Shown: positions 12,950-27,090 of the stretch, in pieces
Layout: each line of letters begins with the position of its first letter
Position numbering within the stretch: the stretch's first letter is position 1
Origin: Eledone cirrhosa
Lineage: Eukaryota
Direction: 5' to 3'
NCBI GenBank assembly: GCA_964016885.1
Contig: OZ024756.1
Span: 28,768,001-28,832,000 of the forward strand
Length of the DNA stretch: 64,000 bases
Translations under genes and position numbers: made by a program
The notes under the pieces: generated by a model
The model's input: only the letters and a program-made list of their open reading frames with translations
Told to the model about the DNA's origin: nothing
Databases searched by the model: none

Positions 12950-13181
12950 CTGTGAAGATGCTGCTATCCTCATGTATGTGATGGGTGAAGAAGTGCCAGG
13001 AAATGCCAGTTGAAGGAAGACGTGGTAGAGGTAGACCACGAAAAACATGGGCGGAGGTGGTGAGAACAGACCTCAGATCATTGAAGCTCACGGTGGAGAT
13101 GACGAAGGACCGTGACGTGTGGAGAGATGCTGTGCTGAATAAGACCCGTCCCACCCTTGCAAGCAGGGAAAAGCGGACGTA
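12950..13181 (+). mobile_element. RTE LINE 3' fragment
   Basis: VEGRRGRGRPRKTWAEVVRTDL...DRDVWR; its terminal sequence ccgtcccacccttgcaagcagggaaaagcggacgta is shared with SINE tails. Confidence 0.75.
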
Positions 13182-15478
13182 TATGGTGTGTGTATGTATG
13201 TACGTATGTGGTGTATATATGTACATATATGGTATATGTATGTATATTGTGTGTGTATGTACGTATATGGTGTATATATATATACATATATGGTGTATGT
13301 ATGTATATGGTTTATATATGTATATGGTGTATGTATGTATGTGGTGTACATATGTAAAATCCAGTTTAAATGTTTCCCAGTGTCTGTATGTTTGTGTTAA
13401 AACAACAGTATAAGATCAGTGGGCGTTCTCTGAGACTTGCGTGGGAAAACATTACCTATGAGGTTAAAATCCTTGTTATGACCCCTAAAAATGTATATAA
13501 TATGACATAGACACCAACCCACAGAGTCTCTACGGGGCTCATTTGCCTTGAAAATAACAGTACACAAATGTTTCTCTCATCACACTTTAATGTAATAAAA
13601 GCAAAAAAAAAAAAAAAAGGACGAGAGCACAGATTTGTTGATATATATGTCTTAGAAACACTATGAAACAGTAAAGGCATGGTGGTCACGACTGGAAGGC
13701 TTTTGATCATTAGTTTTTCCGGACTGAGAAGGCAAGGGGCTAAACAAATAACATGGCCTTAAAAAAAATCATCATTTCCAAATTTATCGTGCTCAAATTA
13801 TTCAACCAATTCTTTGAATATTATATGGCAGTATCAGTAGAGGGTCGGACGCCATGCTTTGCAGCAAAGAGTTACGACCCTTTATGGTTTGAGTTCAAAT
13901 CCCGCCGAGGTTAACTTTGCCTTTCATCCTTACGGGGTCGATAAAATAAAGTACCAGTAATACACTGGGATAATTTCTGGCCTTGTGCCAAAAGTTGAAA
14001 CAATTATAAGGAGGTCGGTAGATTGGCACTATCGGTAGAGGGTCGGACGCCATGCTTTGCAGCAAAGAGTTACGGCCCTTTATGTCCTGAGTTCAAATCC
14101 CGCCGAAGTTAACTTTGCCTTTCATTCTTACGGGGGTTGATAAAATAAAGTACCAGTAATACACGGGTAATTGCTGTAGACAATTATTTACATACATCTT
14201 AAAACTGAATGTCACCATCGCTAAAAGTTACACATTAATCTGAAAAAAGAAAATCCTCATTTCCAAATTTCGTGTTCTCGGATTATTCTGTCGACTGCAC
14301 TGGGAACTATGGGACCATGCATGCATTTATAGTAGACAGAATAGACATCCAATTGGCAGAGTCATTAGATCGTCGGATAGAATACTTTGAATGCAAAGAG
14401 CTGGAACGACTACCGCAATGTTCAAATCCTGTCGAGTTCAACTTTGCCTTTTTTCCTTTCGAGGTTGATAAAACAAAAATTTACGAGTGCAACTCTCGGG
14501 TAGATTCTTTCTCATTTCCTTTCTCACGAACAGAGTGACAAAAGTTATTGACCAATCGCAATAGCCGTTATATATAGTTGATAATCAATATTGTCGACGT
14601 CTGCAAGTAAATGTTATGGTCTATTTATTAATATTTTGTGTAATCCATGTTGCAACTTCGGGGGAAAATAATTTAATGTTAATATATATATATTGTCAAG
14701 TATGAAATCTGTAGAAATTTGTTTTTTTTTCTACAAATTTCATACTTGAACCAATACATCGATTTTTTTTTTTTTTTTATTGATTTTTATTTTTTATTTT
14801 TTATCGTATAATGTTGCAACTCAAGGCACAAATAATATATATTTCTAGTCATAATGGCTTCTACATTAGGCTCAAAACTAGCAATTGCGATGATGGTGGG
14901 AGGGGATTGGCAAGACGATTAAATTGATCTCAGCACTTGACTGACTCACGTACTTTTTACCAACCCCGAACAGATGAAAAGCAAAGTTGACATCGGCGGG
15001 ATTTGAAACCTAAACGTAGAGGTTCATAACGAAATACTGACACCGTAACGATTCTGACAATCCATTGCTCCCACTCTGTATTTCATTTCACAATGATTTC
15101 TAATTTAGGCACCAGGCCAATAATTTGTTGGGGAGGGGATAGTCGATTACATCAACTCCAGAAAGACGAAAAGCAAAGATGACCTCAGCTAGGTTTGAAA
15201 CCAAAGCGTAGAGTGTTATAATAAAATACTGCGAAAGATTTCATCCGACACCCCTAATGATTCTACTATAGATCGTTGTCGTAAGCTTGTAAAGGTGAAC
15301 TGTTGACGGAAGGAACTTTATTGCAGACGGGTTATTGAAATGGTCAGCTGTGAAAACACTTCAAGTTAGGTGGCTAACAAGACCTAGTCTTTAAGGGTAG
15401 TTCGTTCCTCTTTATACTTTGTAAATGTTTGTCACAATAAACAACAGTTCAACAAAACACTATTTGTTGTTATTTTAA

Positions 15479-15536
<58 letters not shown>

Positions 15537-15580
15537 AAGTTAAATAAAAGTCAAATGATTAAAATTTAGCTTCGTTTATT

Positions 15581-15635
15581 ACTGCTATATATATTTCAGT
15601 GACAGCCATCTTTGGCTGTGACCTCTTCAGGCAGT
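15581..15635 (-). ncRNA. Minimal type-I hammerhead ribozyme motif (Penelope-like terminus)
   Basis: Minus strand: ACTGC CTGAAGA GGTCACAGCC-AAAGAT-GGCTGTCACT GAAA TATATA TA GCAGT, followed by AATAAA. Confidence 0.75.
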
Positions 15636-16802
15636 TTGAATTAGTATGGTATAGACAAGTACATATGTTGTTGTCTATACCATACTAATTCAAACAAGTA
15701 CATATGTTGTTTAGGTGTATGATATTGTCAATACTCTGATATGCCCAGTTCATTGTTGGGTTGTTAATTCACTGGGGAACTGGAGTCATATGAATTCAAA
15801 CAAACGAATTTTCGTGTCACAGGTCCCCTTCTCTCATTGGTCAGTTATTAGAACATTCCTCATTCTAAGTGTTGTTATTGTTGGAGTTAGCTTAAAAATT
15901 GATAAAATGGTAGAAGGGACAAGGTGTTAAAGGAACAAAATAACAAAAAAAGTGTCAAACTTCCCATTGTTCAGTTCTGAGAGCATTTCTCAGTCAGAAG
16001 TCTATAGAATTCTTTCTGGGGTGAGGCTCGCTGTAGTGTTTTTGCCTGCTATTGTTCAGTACATTTGACCTATTGTTCAGTTCTGAGAGCATTCCTCAGT
16101 CAGAAGTCTATAGAATTCTTTCTGGGGTGAGGCTCCCTGTAGTGTTTTTGCCTGCTATTGTTCAGTACATTTGACCTCCACTATTATTTTGGTACTGTTG
16201 TTGTTGTAGTGGTCAGCTTATATCTTGCTGCTGCTAACAATTTAGAAGTATCCAGTTTGTGTTTTTTCTTCATCCCTCCCGCCACCATCGTAGTGGTGGT
16301 GGGGGTGGTGGGGTGGTGGTGGTGGTGGGGGGGGGGGGGGTTCTTTCATGTATATGAAGAAATATAAGGCAATAAATGAAGAAAACAGAAAATAAATAAA
16401 TAATATAATAAAATAAAATAATTAATATAATTTGTGTAATTTGAAAATAAATAAATAAATAGAGAATAAAGAATAAAGAGTAAATGAGAGATTGGTGAAA
16501 AAGTAATGATAATGTATATGGAGAAGTGAGAAAGAAATAATGTAGGATAAAGTGTGTGTGTGTGTGCTATAACCAATCTCAAGGTCATGTTGCCAATATA
16601 TATACAGATATATATATATAACTATGATAACTTTGGTAGGTTTCGGCCAGTATTGGTTCAGGCCATGTCTAATTTAATAGCACGACCTGGCCAGCACTGT
16701 GTTTATTAAGATCTGAGGATTCCTACCAAACGGTATGGATGAAACATTGTAAACAAATAAAAACTGTTTGAGTATGTAAACGTTCTTTGGTTTCTTTTAC
16801 AT

Positions 16803-16875
<73 letters not shown>

Positions 16876-16899
16876 TATATATATATATTTATTTTTATA

Positions 16900-16947
<48 letters not shown>

Positions 16948-16950
<3 letters not shown>

Positions 16951-17137
16951 CGAAGGAAATGTGGTAAGGAACCAGGTGGACCATAACGCACCAAAGTACT
17001 CAATACTTAGGGTAGTAGAGTGGGTAATAGGAACAAGTAAGACCCCGACGGCTGAGCTCAAGCCGTTTCGACGGCTAATTCTGTACAGTATTAGCCGTCG
17101 AAACGGCTTGAGCTCAGCCGTCGGGGTCTTACTTGTT

Positions 17138-17139
<2 letters not shown>
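16948..17139. mobile_element. (TA)n-embedded fold-back element with hammerhead 3' halves (other copies 19990-20151, 26264-26454, 44355-44513, 53712-53895, 54317-54640)
   Basis: Shared ~80-bp tail plus 50-bp inverted arms (17030-17079 / 17090-17139) containing GAAA-CGGCT-loop-AGCCG-TC. Every copy is flanked by (TA)n. Confidence 0.75.
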
Positions 17140-17226
<87 letters not shown>

Positions 17227-17321
17227 AGGAGGAGGAGTAAAAAGGGATGTTGGAAATGGTGAGAGGGATGCTGGCAGTTTGTGGAAATCAGGAACTTAAT
17301 TATTGCAGTGCTATTGTTGTA

Positions 17322-17412
<91 letters not shown>

Positions 17413-17471
17413 GCTTGTAACTTTGTCGCTCCCAGTCAATCCCAAGTCATTCACTGTTCAGCCAGATGATG

Positions 17472-18205
17472 CATACACACACACACATATACACATACAC
17501 ATACACACACCATACACATACATAGACATACACACACGCACCATACACATACACACACAGTCACACATATAGACACACACATAAACACATACACATATAC
17601 ACACACCATACACATACATAGACATACACACACCATACACATACATAGACATACACACACGCACCATACACACACGCACCATACACACACGCACCATACA
17701 CATACACACACACAGTCACACATATAGACACACACACGCAAACACATACACATATACACACACCATACACATATAGACACACACACGCAAACACATACAC
17801 ATATACACACACCATACACATACATAGAATACACACACGCACCATACACATACACACAAACAGTCACACATATGGACGCACACATAAACACATACACATA
17901 TACACACACCATACACATACATAGACATATACACACGCACCATACACACACAGTCATACATATAGACACACACACACATACACACAAACACATACACATA
18001 TACACACACCATACACATACATAGACATACACACACGCACCATACACATACACACACAGTCACACATATAGATACATACATACACACACACACATACACG
18101 CCGCACACATAAACACCGCACACAGATAGACATACAGCCACATACTACACCACACGCACACATACAGACACACACAAACACACACACACACACACACAAA
18201 TACAG

Positions 18206-18236
<31 letters not shown>

Positions 18237-18642
18237 TACACATACATACACACACACACAGACACACACACAAATACAGACACGTACACACACAAACAAA
18301 CACACACACACACATACACACACACATACACATACAGACACGCACACACATACAGACACACACACACATACACACAAATACAGACACACACACACACACA
18401 AACAAACAAACACACACACAAACACACACACACACACATACGCATACATACACACACACACACAAACACACACACAAATACAGACACACACACAAACAAA
18501 CACACACACACAAACACACACATACAGACACACATACAAATACAGACACACACACACACAAACAAACACACACACACACACACACACATACAGACAAACA
18601 CACACACACATACACACACAAATACAGACATACACACACCAA
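17472..18642. repeat. Degenerate (CA)n compound tract (a similar TG tract lies at 55369-56610)
   Basis: Base composition and internal duplications. Confidence 0.9.
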
Positions 18643-19212
18643 CATTATTAAGCCGAGATAGTTAGAAAGTAAAAAAAAAGCCAGTCGTCAACCAACCAGT
18701 AACAGTCACACAGCAAACAAACTAGAATTCTCACTGTTCTTTTTTTTTTGCTTCTCTGGAGAAGCTTTACCCACATAACTAACTATACACTGTTGCAGGT
18801 AGGTGAGAATTTGGTGGCTTTTATAACAGTTGTTACCTTTAATAATAGTTTTCTACTTTTGGCACAAGGCCAGCAATTTTCCCTCTGCATTACTGGCACT
18901 CTGGCATAATTGCGGGCCTTGTGCAAGAAGTAGAAAACTGTTATGTATTATATAATATAATATAATTGTTTCTACTTTTGGCACAAGGCCAGCAAATACC
19001 CAGTGTATTACTGGTACTTTATTTTATCGACCCCATAAGGATGAAAGGCAAAGTTAAACTCGACGGGATTTGAACTCAGAATGGCAAATTATATAATATA
19101 ATATAATATAATATAATATAATATATATATGTATATGTAATATCTAATATCTAATATGCCATGTGTGTGTGTAGGGGGGAATGGGTGAGGGTGTATGTGT
19201 ATGTATGTATGG

Positions 19213-19254
<42 letters not shown>

Positions 19255-19749
19255 ATGCATGTATGCATGTGAGTGTACTTATGAATGTATGTATGTATGT
19301 TCGGATCTAGCTGTCGAAACGGCCGGAGCTCAGCCATCGGGGGGGTCCTGAATCTTTTCATATATATATGTATATATATATATGCATATATGGTAATATA
19401 AATAGCTTAGAGTTTAGACTCAGAGAGGTCATTTACAATCATTTCAGCTCTAGGAATTACTTCTGAGCAGTATAAATTAATATTTGATGAACATTTACAT
19501 GTTATAGTTGCAATTGACTAATAAGATCGCTAGCGATCTTATTAGTCAATTGCAACTATAACATGTAAATGTTCATCAAATATTAATATATGGTAATATA
19601 TGTAGAATTAAAATTATGTTTTAGTACAAGTTGCTTATTCTCTCTAAATTTATATATATATATATATATATATCCAGGAAGCTCCAACCGTTAAGGTTGT
19701 CTTTTTTCAGGGTATATCAATATTTATTTATAAAACTAATCTGTATTGT

Positions 19750-19813
19750 ATTTTATCTGATGAAAGCGCACCATAATTTGCCTTGGTGGCCCTTGAAATA
19801 TGTATAATAAAAT
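19750..19813 (+). ncRNA. Minimal type-I hammerhead ribozyme motif
   Basis: ATTTTAT CTGATGA [AAGCGCACCA...TGGTGGCCCTT] GAAA TATGTA TA ATAAAAT, with a perfect 7-bp stem I. Confidence 0.7.
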
Positions 19814-19945
19814 AAATATGGTTTTATAAATATAGTTTCCATTTATTAATATATTGTATATTTACTCCACTAACTTGTTGAGTGCTTTATATCAGTTTAA
19901 ACAATTTAAAAAAAAAACTTGTTGAATCACAACAAAAATATAACC

Positions 19946-19993
<48 letters not shown>

Positions 19994-20148
19994 AACCAGT
20001 AAGACCCCGACGGCTGAGCTCAAGCCGTTTCGACGGCTAATTCTGGACTAAATGAAAATTTATGGTTCCTATTACCCACTCTACTACCCCAAGTATTGAG
20101 TACTTTGGTGCGTTATGGTCCACTTGGTTCCTTACCACATTTCCTTCG

Positions 20149-20246
<98 letters not shown>

Positions 20247-20454
20247 TTGTGTGTGTGTGTGTGAAGGCGTGTGGCTGAGTGGTTAGAGAGTTCGATTCCT
20301 GGACCGGGCGATGCGTTATGTCCTTGAGCAAGACACTTTATTTCACGTTGCTCCTTCTACCTGGAGTTGCGACCGATAGATAGTACTAGCAACTGGAAAG
20401 ACCAACGGAAACATTGTTTTCTCGGTCCGATTTGACGAAAATCGATCGTCCCTT

Positions 20455-20562
<108 letters not shown>

Positions 20563-20897
20563 TTCGTCCCACCCTTGCAAGCAGGGAAAAGCGGACGTAA
20601 AATGATGATGATGATGATGATGTGTTGGACTTACGATCATAATGTCGTTGGTTCGATTCCTGGGTTGCGTGTTGTGTTCTTGAGCAAAACACTTCATTTC
20701 ACGTTGCTCCAGTATACTCAGCTGGAAATGAGTACCAGCAATAGCTGGAGGTTTAATTCTGCGATGGACTGGCGTCCTGTCCAGGGGGAAGTCTTGTACA
20801 CTCAGCCGCTTCACGCCATGAAACCGGGATAAGCACCAGCCAAATGAGTTTTCTGGCTTAAGACAGACTTTATATATATATATATATATGTATAATT

Positions 20898-20980
<83 letters not shown>

Positions 20981-21199
20981 GTGTGTGTGTGTGTGTGCGT
21001 GCGTGCGTGTGTGTAAAAGGTAAACTGAAATAACAACACAATCGGTACAGTATATGGAAGGAATATATTAGGTTAACGCTTGAAATAGCAGGAAGAGGGT
21101 CTTAACGTTTCGGACGCTAGTCTATCACCAGAAGAAAGAATCAGAAATAAGATAGATAGAGGGGTCGGACGGGTTGGAATTGGAAAAAAATGTCTTTAG

Positions 21200-21297
<98 letters not shown>

Positions 21298-21393
21298 GTA
21301 TATATAATGTAGGTAGTGCGGTGAATAACCCGCATAACAGGTCGATTCGCAATAAATATTTTTCATATATAAAAGAAACTTCCTCGTTTTTTC

Positions 21394-21524
<131 letters not shown>

Positions 21525-21702
21525 TATAGGGAGAGAGAGTGCTTGTGTGTCTACTTATTTAAATTCGCACACAAAAATGTCCACAAAATACACACATATA
21601 CACACAGTGCATTTGCCATCTCAGCCACCTTGCTACAATAGACAACCATAATAATTTGCCATGTGTAGATACACACACACACACAGACACAGACACACAC
21701 AC

Positions 21703-21733
<31 letters not shown>

Positions 21734-21898
21734 ATATATATATTGTAGCAATGTGGCTAAGATAGGAAATGCATTGTGTGTAAATATGTGTGTATTTTGT
21801 GGACAATTTTGTGTGCGAATTTTAAATAATTAGACGCACAACCACACACTTACTCTCTATTTCCCTCTCCTTCTCTCCCTTCCTCTCCCTTCTCTCTA

Positions 21899-21933
<35 letters not shown>

Positions 21934-22032
21934 CCACCCCCCACCCCCACCCCCACACACACACAATAGAAAAAACGAGGAAGTTTCTTTTACAAATGAA
22001 AAATATTTATTGCGAATCGACCTGTCACGCGC

Positions 22033-22075
<43 letters not shown>

Positions 22076-22137
22076 ACTTCTACCTAACTCGTCCCATGGA
22101 CTGAATGCTCTACCACTACGGATATTACCTCTCTCTC

Positions 22138-22266
<129 letters not shown>

Positions 22267-22329
22267 ACACACACATTTTTGGAACGTTTATTTTTGAAAA
22301 TGTTAAAGAGTTACTGCTTGAAACGCTTT

Positions 22330-22612
22330 CAGAACATAGGCTGGCGACATCTGACTTTGAGAGAAATATATGCCGGCCTCCCACGCATATCTGTCGTTGT
22401 ACGTAAAAGGAGAGTAAGATTTTGTGGCCACAGCCATCGTGCCAGCTATGAGGCTGTGTTCTCAAGCAGTCACTAATAACAGGGGGCGCAAACACTCCTA
22501 TCCCGATGTCATCTCCAGAGATTCTGGTATTGAAATCCAGGACTTGGTAACGGCAATGAACAACAGACCCACATGGAGATCAACTGTTGAGTCGATTTCG
22601 GCTGAGGCCGCC

Positions 22613-22655
<43 letters not shown>
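22330..22655 (+). mobile_element. RTE/RTEX-like LINE 3' fragment with (GAT)n tail
   Basis: LPRISVVVRKRRVRFCGHSHR ... DLVTAMNNRPTWR, followed by (ATG)n. Confidence 0.65.
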
Positions 22656-22756
22656 ATATATATAATAAGTTAAAGTCTGTCGCGAGCCTAGTGCTCATCA
22701 GGCCGGTGTTTATTCCGGTTTCCTTGGTGTGAAGCGACTGAGAGTACAACACTCCG

Positions 22757-23542
22757 CTGCCAATTCGCCGCTCAACTGAGAACATAATGAAAGGCAACGA
22801 AAACCCCGATCATCTTCTTCCGCCTTCTAACGACTCTGCCAATTCGCCGCTCAACTCAGAACGTAATGAAAGGCAACGAAAACCCCGATCATCTTCTTCC
22901 GCCTTCTAACGACTCTGCCAATTCGCCGCTCAACTCAGAACGTAATGAAAGGCAACGAAAACCCCGATCATCTTCTTCCGCCTTCTAACGACTCTGCCAA
23001 TTCGCCGCTCAACTCAGAACGTAATGAAAGGCAACGAAAACCCCGATCATCTTCTTCCGCCTTCTAACGACTCTGCCAATTCGCCGCTCAACTCAGAACG
23101 TAATGAAAGGCAACGAAAACCCCGATCATCTTCTTCCGCCTTCTAACGACTCTGCCAATTCGCCGCTCAACTCAGAACGTAATGAAAGGCAACGAAAACC
23201 CCGATCATCTTCTTCCGCCTTCTAACGACTCTGCCAATTCGCCGCTCAACTCAGAACGTAATGAAAGACAACGAAAACCCCGATCATCTTCTTCCGCCTT
23301 CTAACGACTCTGCCAATTCGCCGCTCAACTCAGAACGTAATGAAAGACAACGAAAACCCCGATCATCTTCTTCCGCCTTCTAACGACTCTGCCAATTCGC
23401 CGCTCAACTCAGAACGTAATGAAAGGCAACGAAAACCCCGATCATCTTCTTCCGCCTTCTAACGACTCTGCCAATTCGCCGCTCAACTCAGAACATAATG
23501 AAAGACAACGAAAACCCCGATCATCTTTTCCCGCCTTCTAAC
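22757..23542 (-). repeat. 79-bp tandem array (~10 copies) derived from a SINE head
   Basis: Period 79 (gactctgcc at 22832, 22911, 22990...); the units are nearly identical. Confidence 0.95.
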
Positions 23543-23901
23543 GCTCAAATGTATGGCGTCTAACTGGAATGTTTTAAAGTAAATATTTAGATGATTATTC
23601 AGTTATTATATAGATCACGATTATACATTGCTCTCCCATGTTTTAGGGGGAGGCATGCAGTATTTATTAGGGGTGTTTGTTATGTAGAGACGGGTGAGGG
23701 TTAGGTGATTGGTTGGATACGGTGTGTTTGAATGTAGGTCGTGTGCTAGGACCTTTTTTTTAGTTTTGTTTCAAAGGTTTTTTTTTATTGTACATGTTAA
23801 AATTTGCGTGTATTTATTGCGCACACACAGACTCCCACAATAGCGAGCACACACACACACACTGACACACACACACTGACATACACACACTGACACACCT
23901 A

Positions 23902-24108
<207 letters not shown>

Positions 24109-24401
24109 CAGGGTGTCCCCCCCCAAAAAATGTGGGACCTAGTGGTATGGTGTTGGACTTACGATCATAACGTAGTGGGTTCGATTCCTGGGTTCGTCTG
24201 GTGTTCTTGAGCAAAACAGTTCATTTCACGTTGTTCCAGTATACTCAGCTGAAAATTGTACCAGCAATAGCTGGGGGTTTAACCCTGCGATGGACTGGTG
24301 TCCTGTCCAATGAGTTTTCTGGCTTAAGACAGACTTTAAACTTAGATGTATATGTATATATGTATATATATATACAAGTAATTATAATGGTTAACTTATT
24401 G

Positions 24402-24436
<35 letters not shown>

Positions 24437-24558
24437 AATATAGACATAGAATATTCGAAAATATTCTGTATGTTTATAATAAACATTTTGAAGACCTAAT
24501 CGCTATAGAATAGAATACGTCACGTATTACAATTAGATTCTCGATAAAAGCAAGGGAA

Positions 24559-24601
24559 GTAATCTACGCGTTTCATTCTTGTTAGAATTCATCAGGACTA
24601 C
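24559..24601 (-). ncRNA. Minimal type-I hammerhead ribozyme motif
   Basis: Minus strand: GTAGTC CTGATGA ATTCT-AACA-AGAAT GAAA CGCG TA GATTAC. All stems pair and stem III is palindromic. Confidence 0.78.
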
Positions 24602-24819
24602 ATATCCAGTGCTTTTATCGAGAATGACACAGCTAGAGACTTATAGAATACTTAGCTGTGTACAGGAACTGGTTTGAAAGAGCGGTTGCCGGTCCGGCAG
24701 AAATTAGAAATTGGAATAAATGCTCTGAAATAGCGATATATATGTGAATATAGACATAGATATATTCATATATATATATATATAAGGATTAAAATACTGG
24801 AGCGTGTTGGAGTTAAACA

Positions 24820-24851
<32 letters not shown>

Positions 24852-25640
24852 ATAACAATATATATATATATATATTTATACTCGGATTTCTTTCCTAGAG
24901 TGCTTAAATTATTTGTGACTAATCTCGGTCTTTTTTTAAAAAAAACCGCGATAATATTGCTTTTTGCTGAACTCCTTATTGTAGAGTTTTTTTCGGAATG
25001 TTTTTGACTGTTATTTCTTGTAAACAAACATTCGTATCATTCTGACGTCACCAGCCCTGTCTCCACATGTGCGTTTTATTTTCATAATTACGCATGATGT
25101 TGAACTAGCCTGCTTTTAAATTCCCTTTTTGGCATATTATAATCAGAGAGATTTTGGTTATCGTGTTGAGCTCTGCTGATGATCGGTTCCAACCGTGACC
25201 ACCCCCACTGAAAGTTTCGTGAAATAGTCTTTTCAAGACTATACAGAGCATTTGTAGTTTTTCCAAATTGAAGGATGAGTATTTTAAACTTTATTTTATC
25301 ATCAGTTAAGGCTCTATTGATTTTTCCCTGGATTTCACTAAATTCTGTTGGATGAATCTGTTTCCTGATTCTTTTTGAATTGAGTTTGAATTATTTTTCC
25401 CACATCTTACGTTAACTATTTTCCCATTTTGACGTTATAGTCACTTATATATTATGAAATACTATGTGCTTCTTGCTCATAATAATTTCTATACTTTTCA
25501 TTTATATATATACATATATATAGAGATATATATAAAATAAAATAAATAAGTCAAATGTTTAAAATTTGGCTTCGTTTATTACTGCTATATATATTTCGAT
25601 GACAGCCATCTTTATACTCGTCTCTACCACACTAATTCGG

Positions 25641-25695
25641 ACTGCCTGAAGAGGTCACAGCCAAAGATGGCTGTCACAGAAATATATATAGCAGT
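25641..25695 (+). ncRNA. Minimal type-I hammerhead ribozyme motif (same family as 15581)
   Basis: ACTGC CTGAAGA GGTCACAGCC-AAAGAT-GGCTGTCACA GAAA TATATA TA GCAGT AATAAA, preceded by an inverted partial copy at about 25533-25613. Confidence 0.72.
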
Positions 25696-25842
25696 AATAA
25701 ACGAAGCCAAATTTTAAAAATTTGACTTATTTATTTTATTTTATTTTACATTACTCCGGAGTAACCAAACCAGCCTGCGCACTTCGTCGAGTGCTCCAAT
25801 CTGCATACTGAGGTGTTGGTATACAACCAACATATACTCAAA

Positions 25843-25942
<100 letters not shown>

Positions 25943-26104
25943 GTCAAAGATGTACATCCATATATGTATACTGAAATACTAGTATGTATATGAATACACA
26001 CACGTATACATATGTAGATGTACCAAGTTTTTTTTTTCACTGATCACTTTACAAACGAAACGAAATTTAATTTCGTTTCGTTATTTGTTTTTATATATAT
26101 ATAC

Positions 26105-26135
<31 letters not shown>

Positions 26136-26136
26136 C

Positions 26137-26267
<131 letters not shown>

Positions 26268-26483
26268 AGAAAGTATGACCTCGTCGGCAGAGCTCAAGCC
26301 GTTTCAACGGCTATTTAGTCCAGAAATAGCCGTCGAAACGGCTTGAACTCTGCCGTCGGGGTCATACTTTCTCCTATTACCCACTCTACTACCCTAAATA
26401 TTGAGTACTTTGGTGCGTTATGGTCCATCTGGTTCCTTACCACAACTCCTTCGTTATATATATATATATATATATATATATAC

Positions 26484-26598
<115 letters not shown>

Positions 26599-26613
26599 TA
26601 TATATATATACAT

Positions 26614-26691
<78 letters not shown>

Positions 26692-27090
26692 GTGGGTGTA
26701 TGTGTGTATTATAAAATAAAATGTATGTTTGTAGACTGTTACATCTCAGCTTACATTGACCTTAGAAAATATTTACACACTTCTCCCACCTACACCAGAG
26801 TTGGTAACAAATTCGAGTCAACTGAATCATTCTTTGCCTTCACCACTACCATTACCAACAATACCACGACGACCACGACGACCACCACCACCACCACCAC
26901 CACCACCATACTTTTGCAATAAATACCACCACCATCTCTACTACCACCACAACCACCATATCACGAAAATAATACCATGTTTGCCCCGAAACCTCCATCA
27001 ATAAATACACGCAATAAATACACGCAATAAATACACGCAATAAATACACGCAAATTTTAAAGTTAGTTCCTATTTTAGGTACACAAGTAG

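Noticed and set aside
15965-16178. ~100-bp tandem duplication as a GIY-YIG remnant next to the hammerhead
   Set aside because: The translations have stops and no convincing endonuclease motif.
16700-16760. Hammerhead-like CTGAGGA-stem-GAAACATTGTA
   Set aside because: The core and stem II are present but I cannot form stem I; probably a decayed relic, so not called.
22757-23542. CRISPR-like regular array
   Set aside because: The units are contiguous and nearly identical with no unique spacers, there are no cas genes, and the context is eukaryotic.
24870-25500. Faint RT/APE-like peptides on the minus strand
   Set aside because: Too degenerate to support by eye; would need a tBLASTx search.
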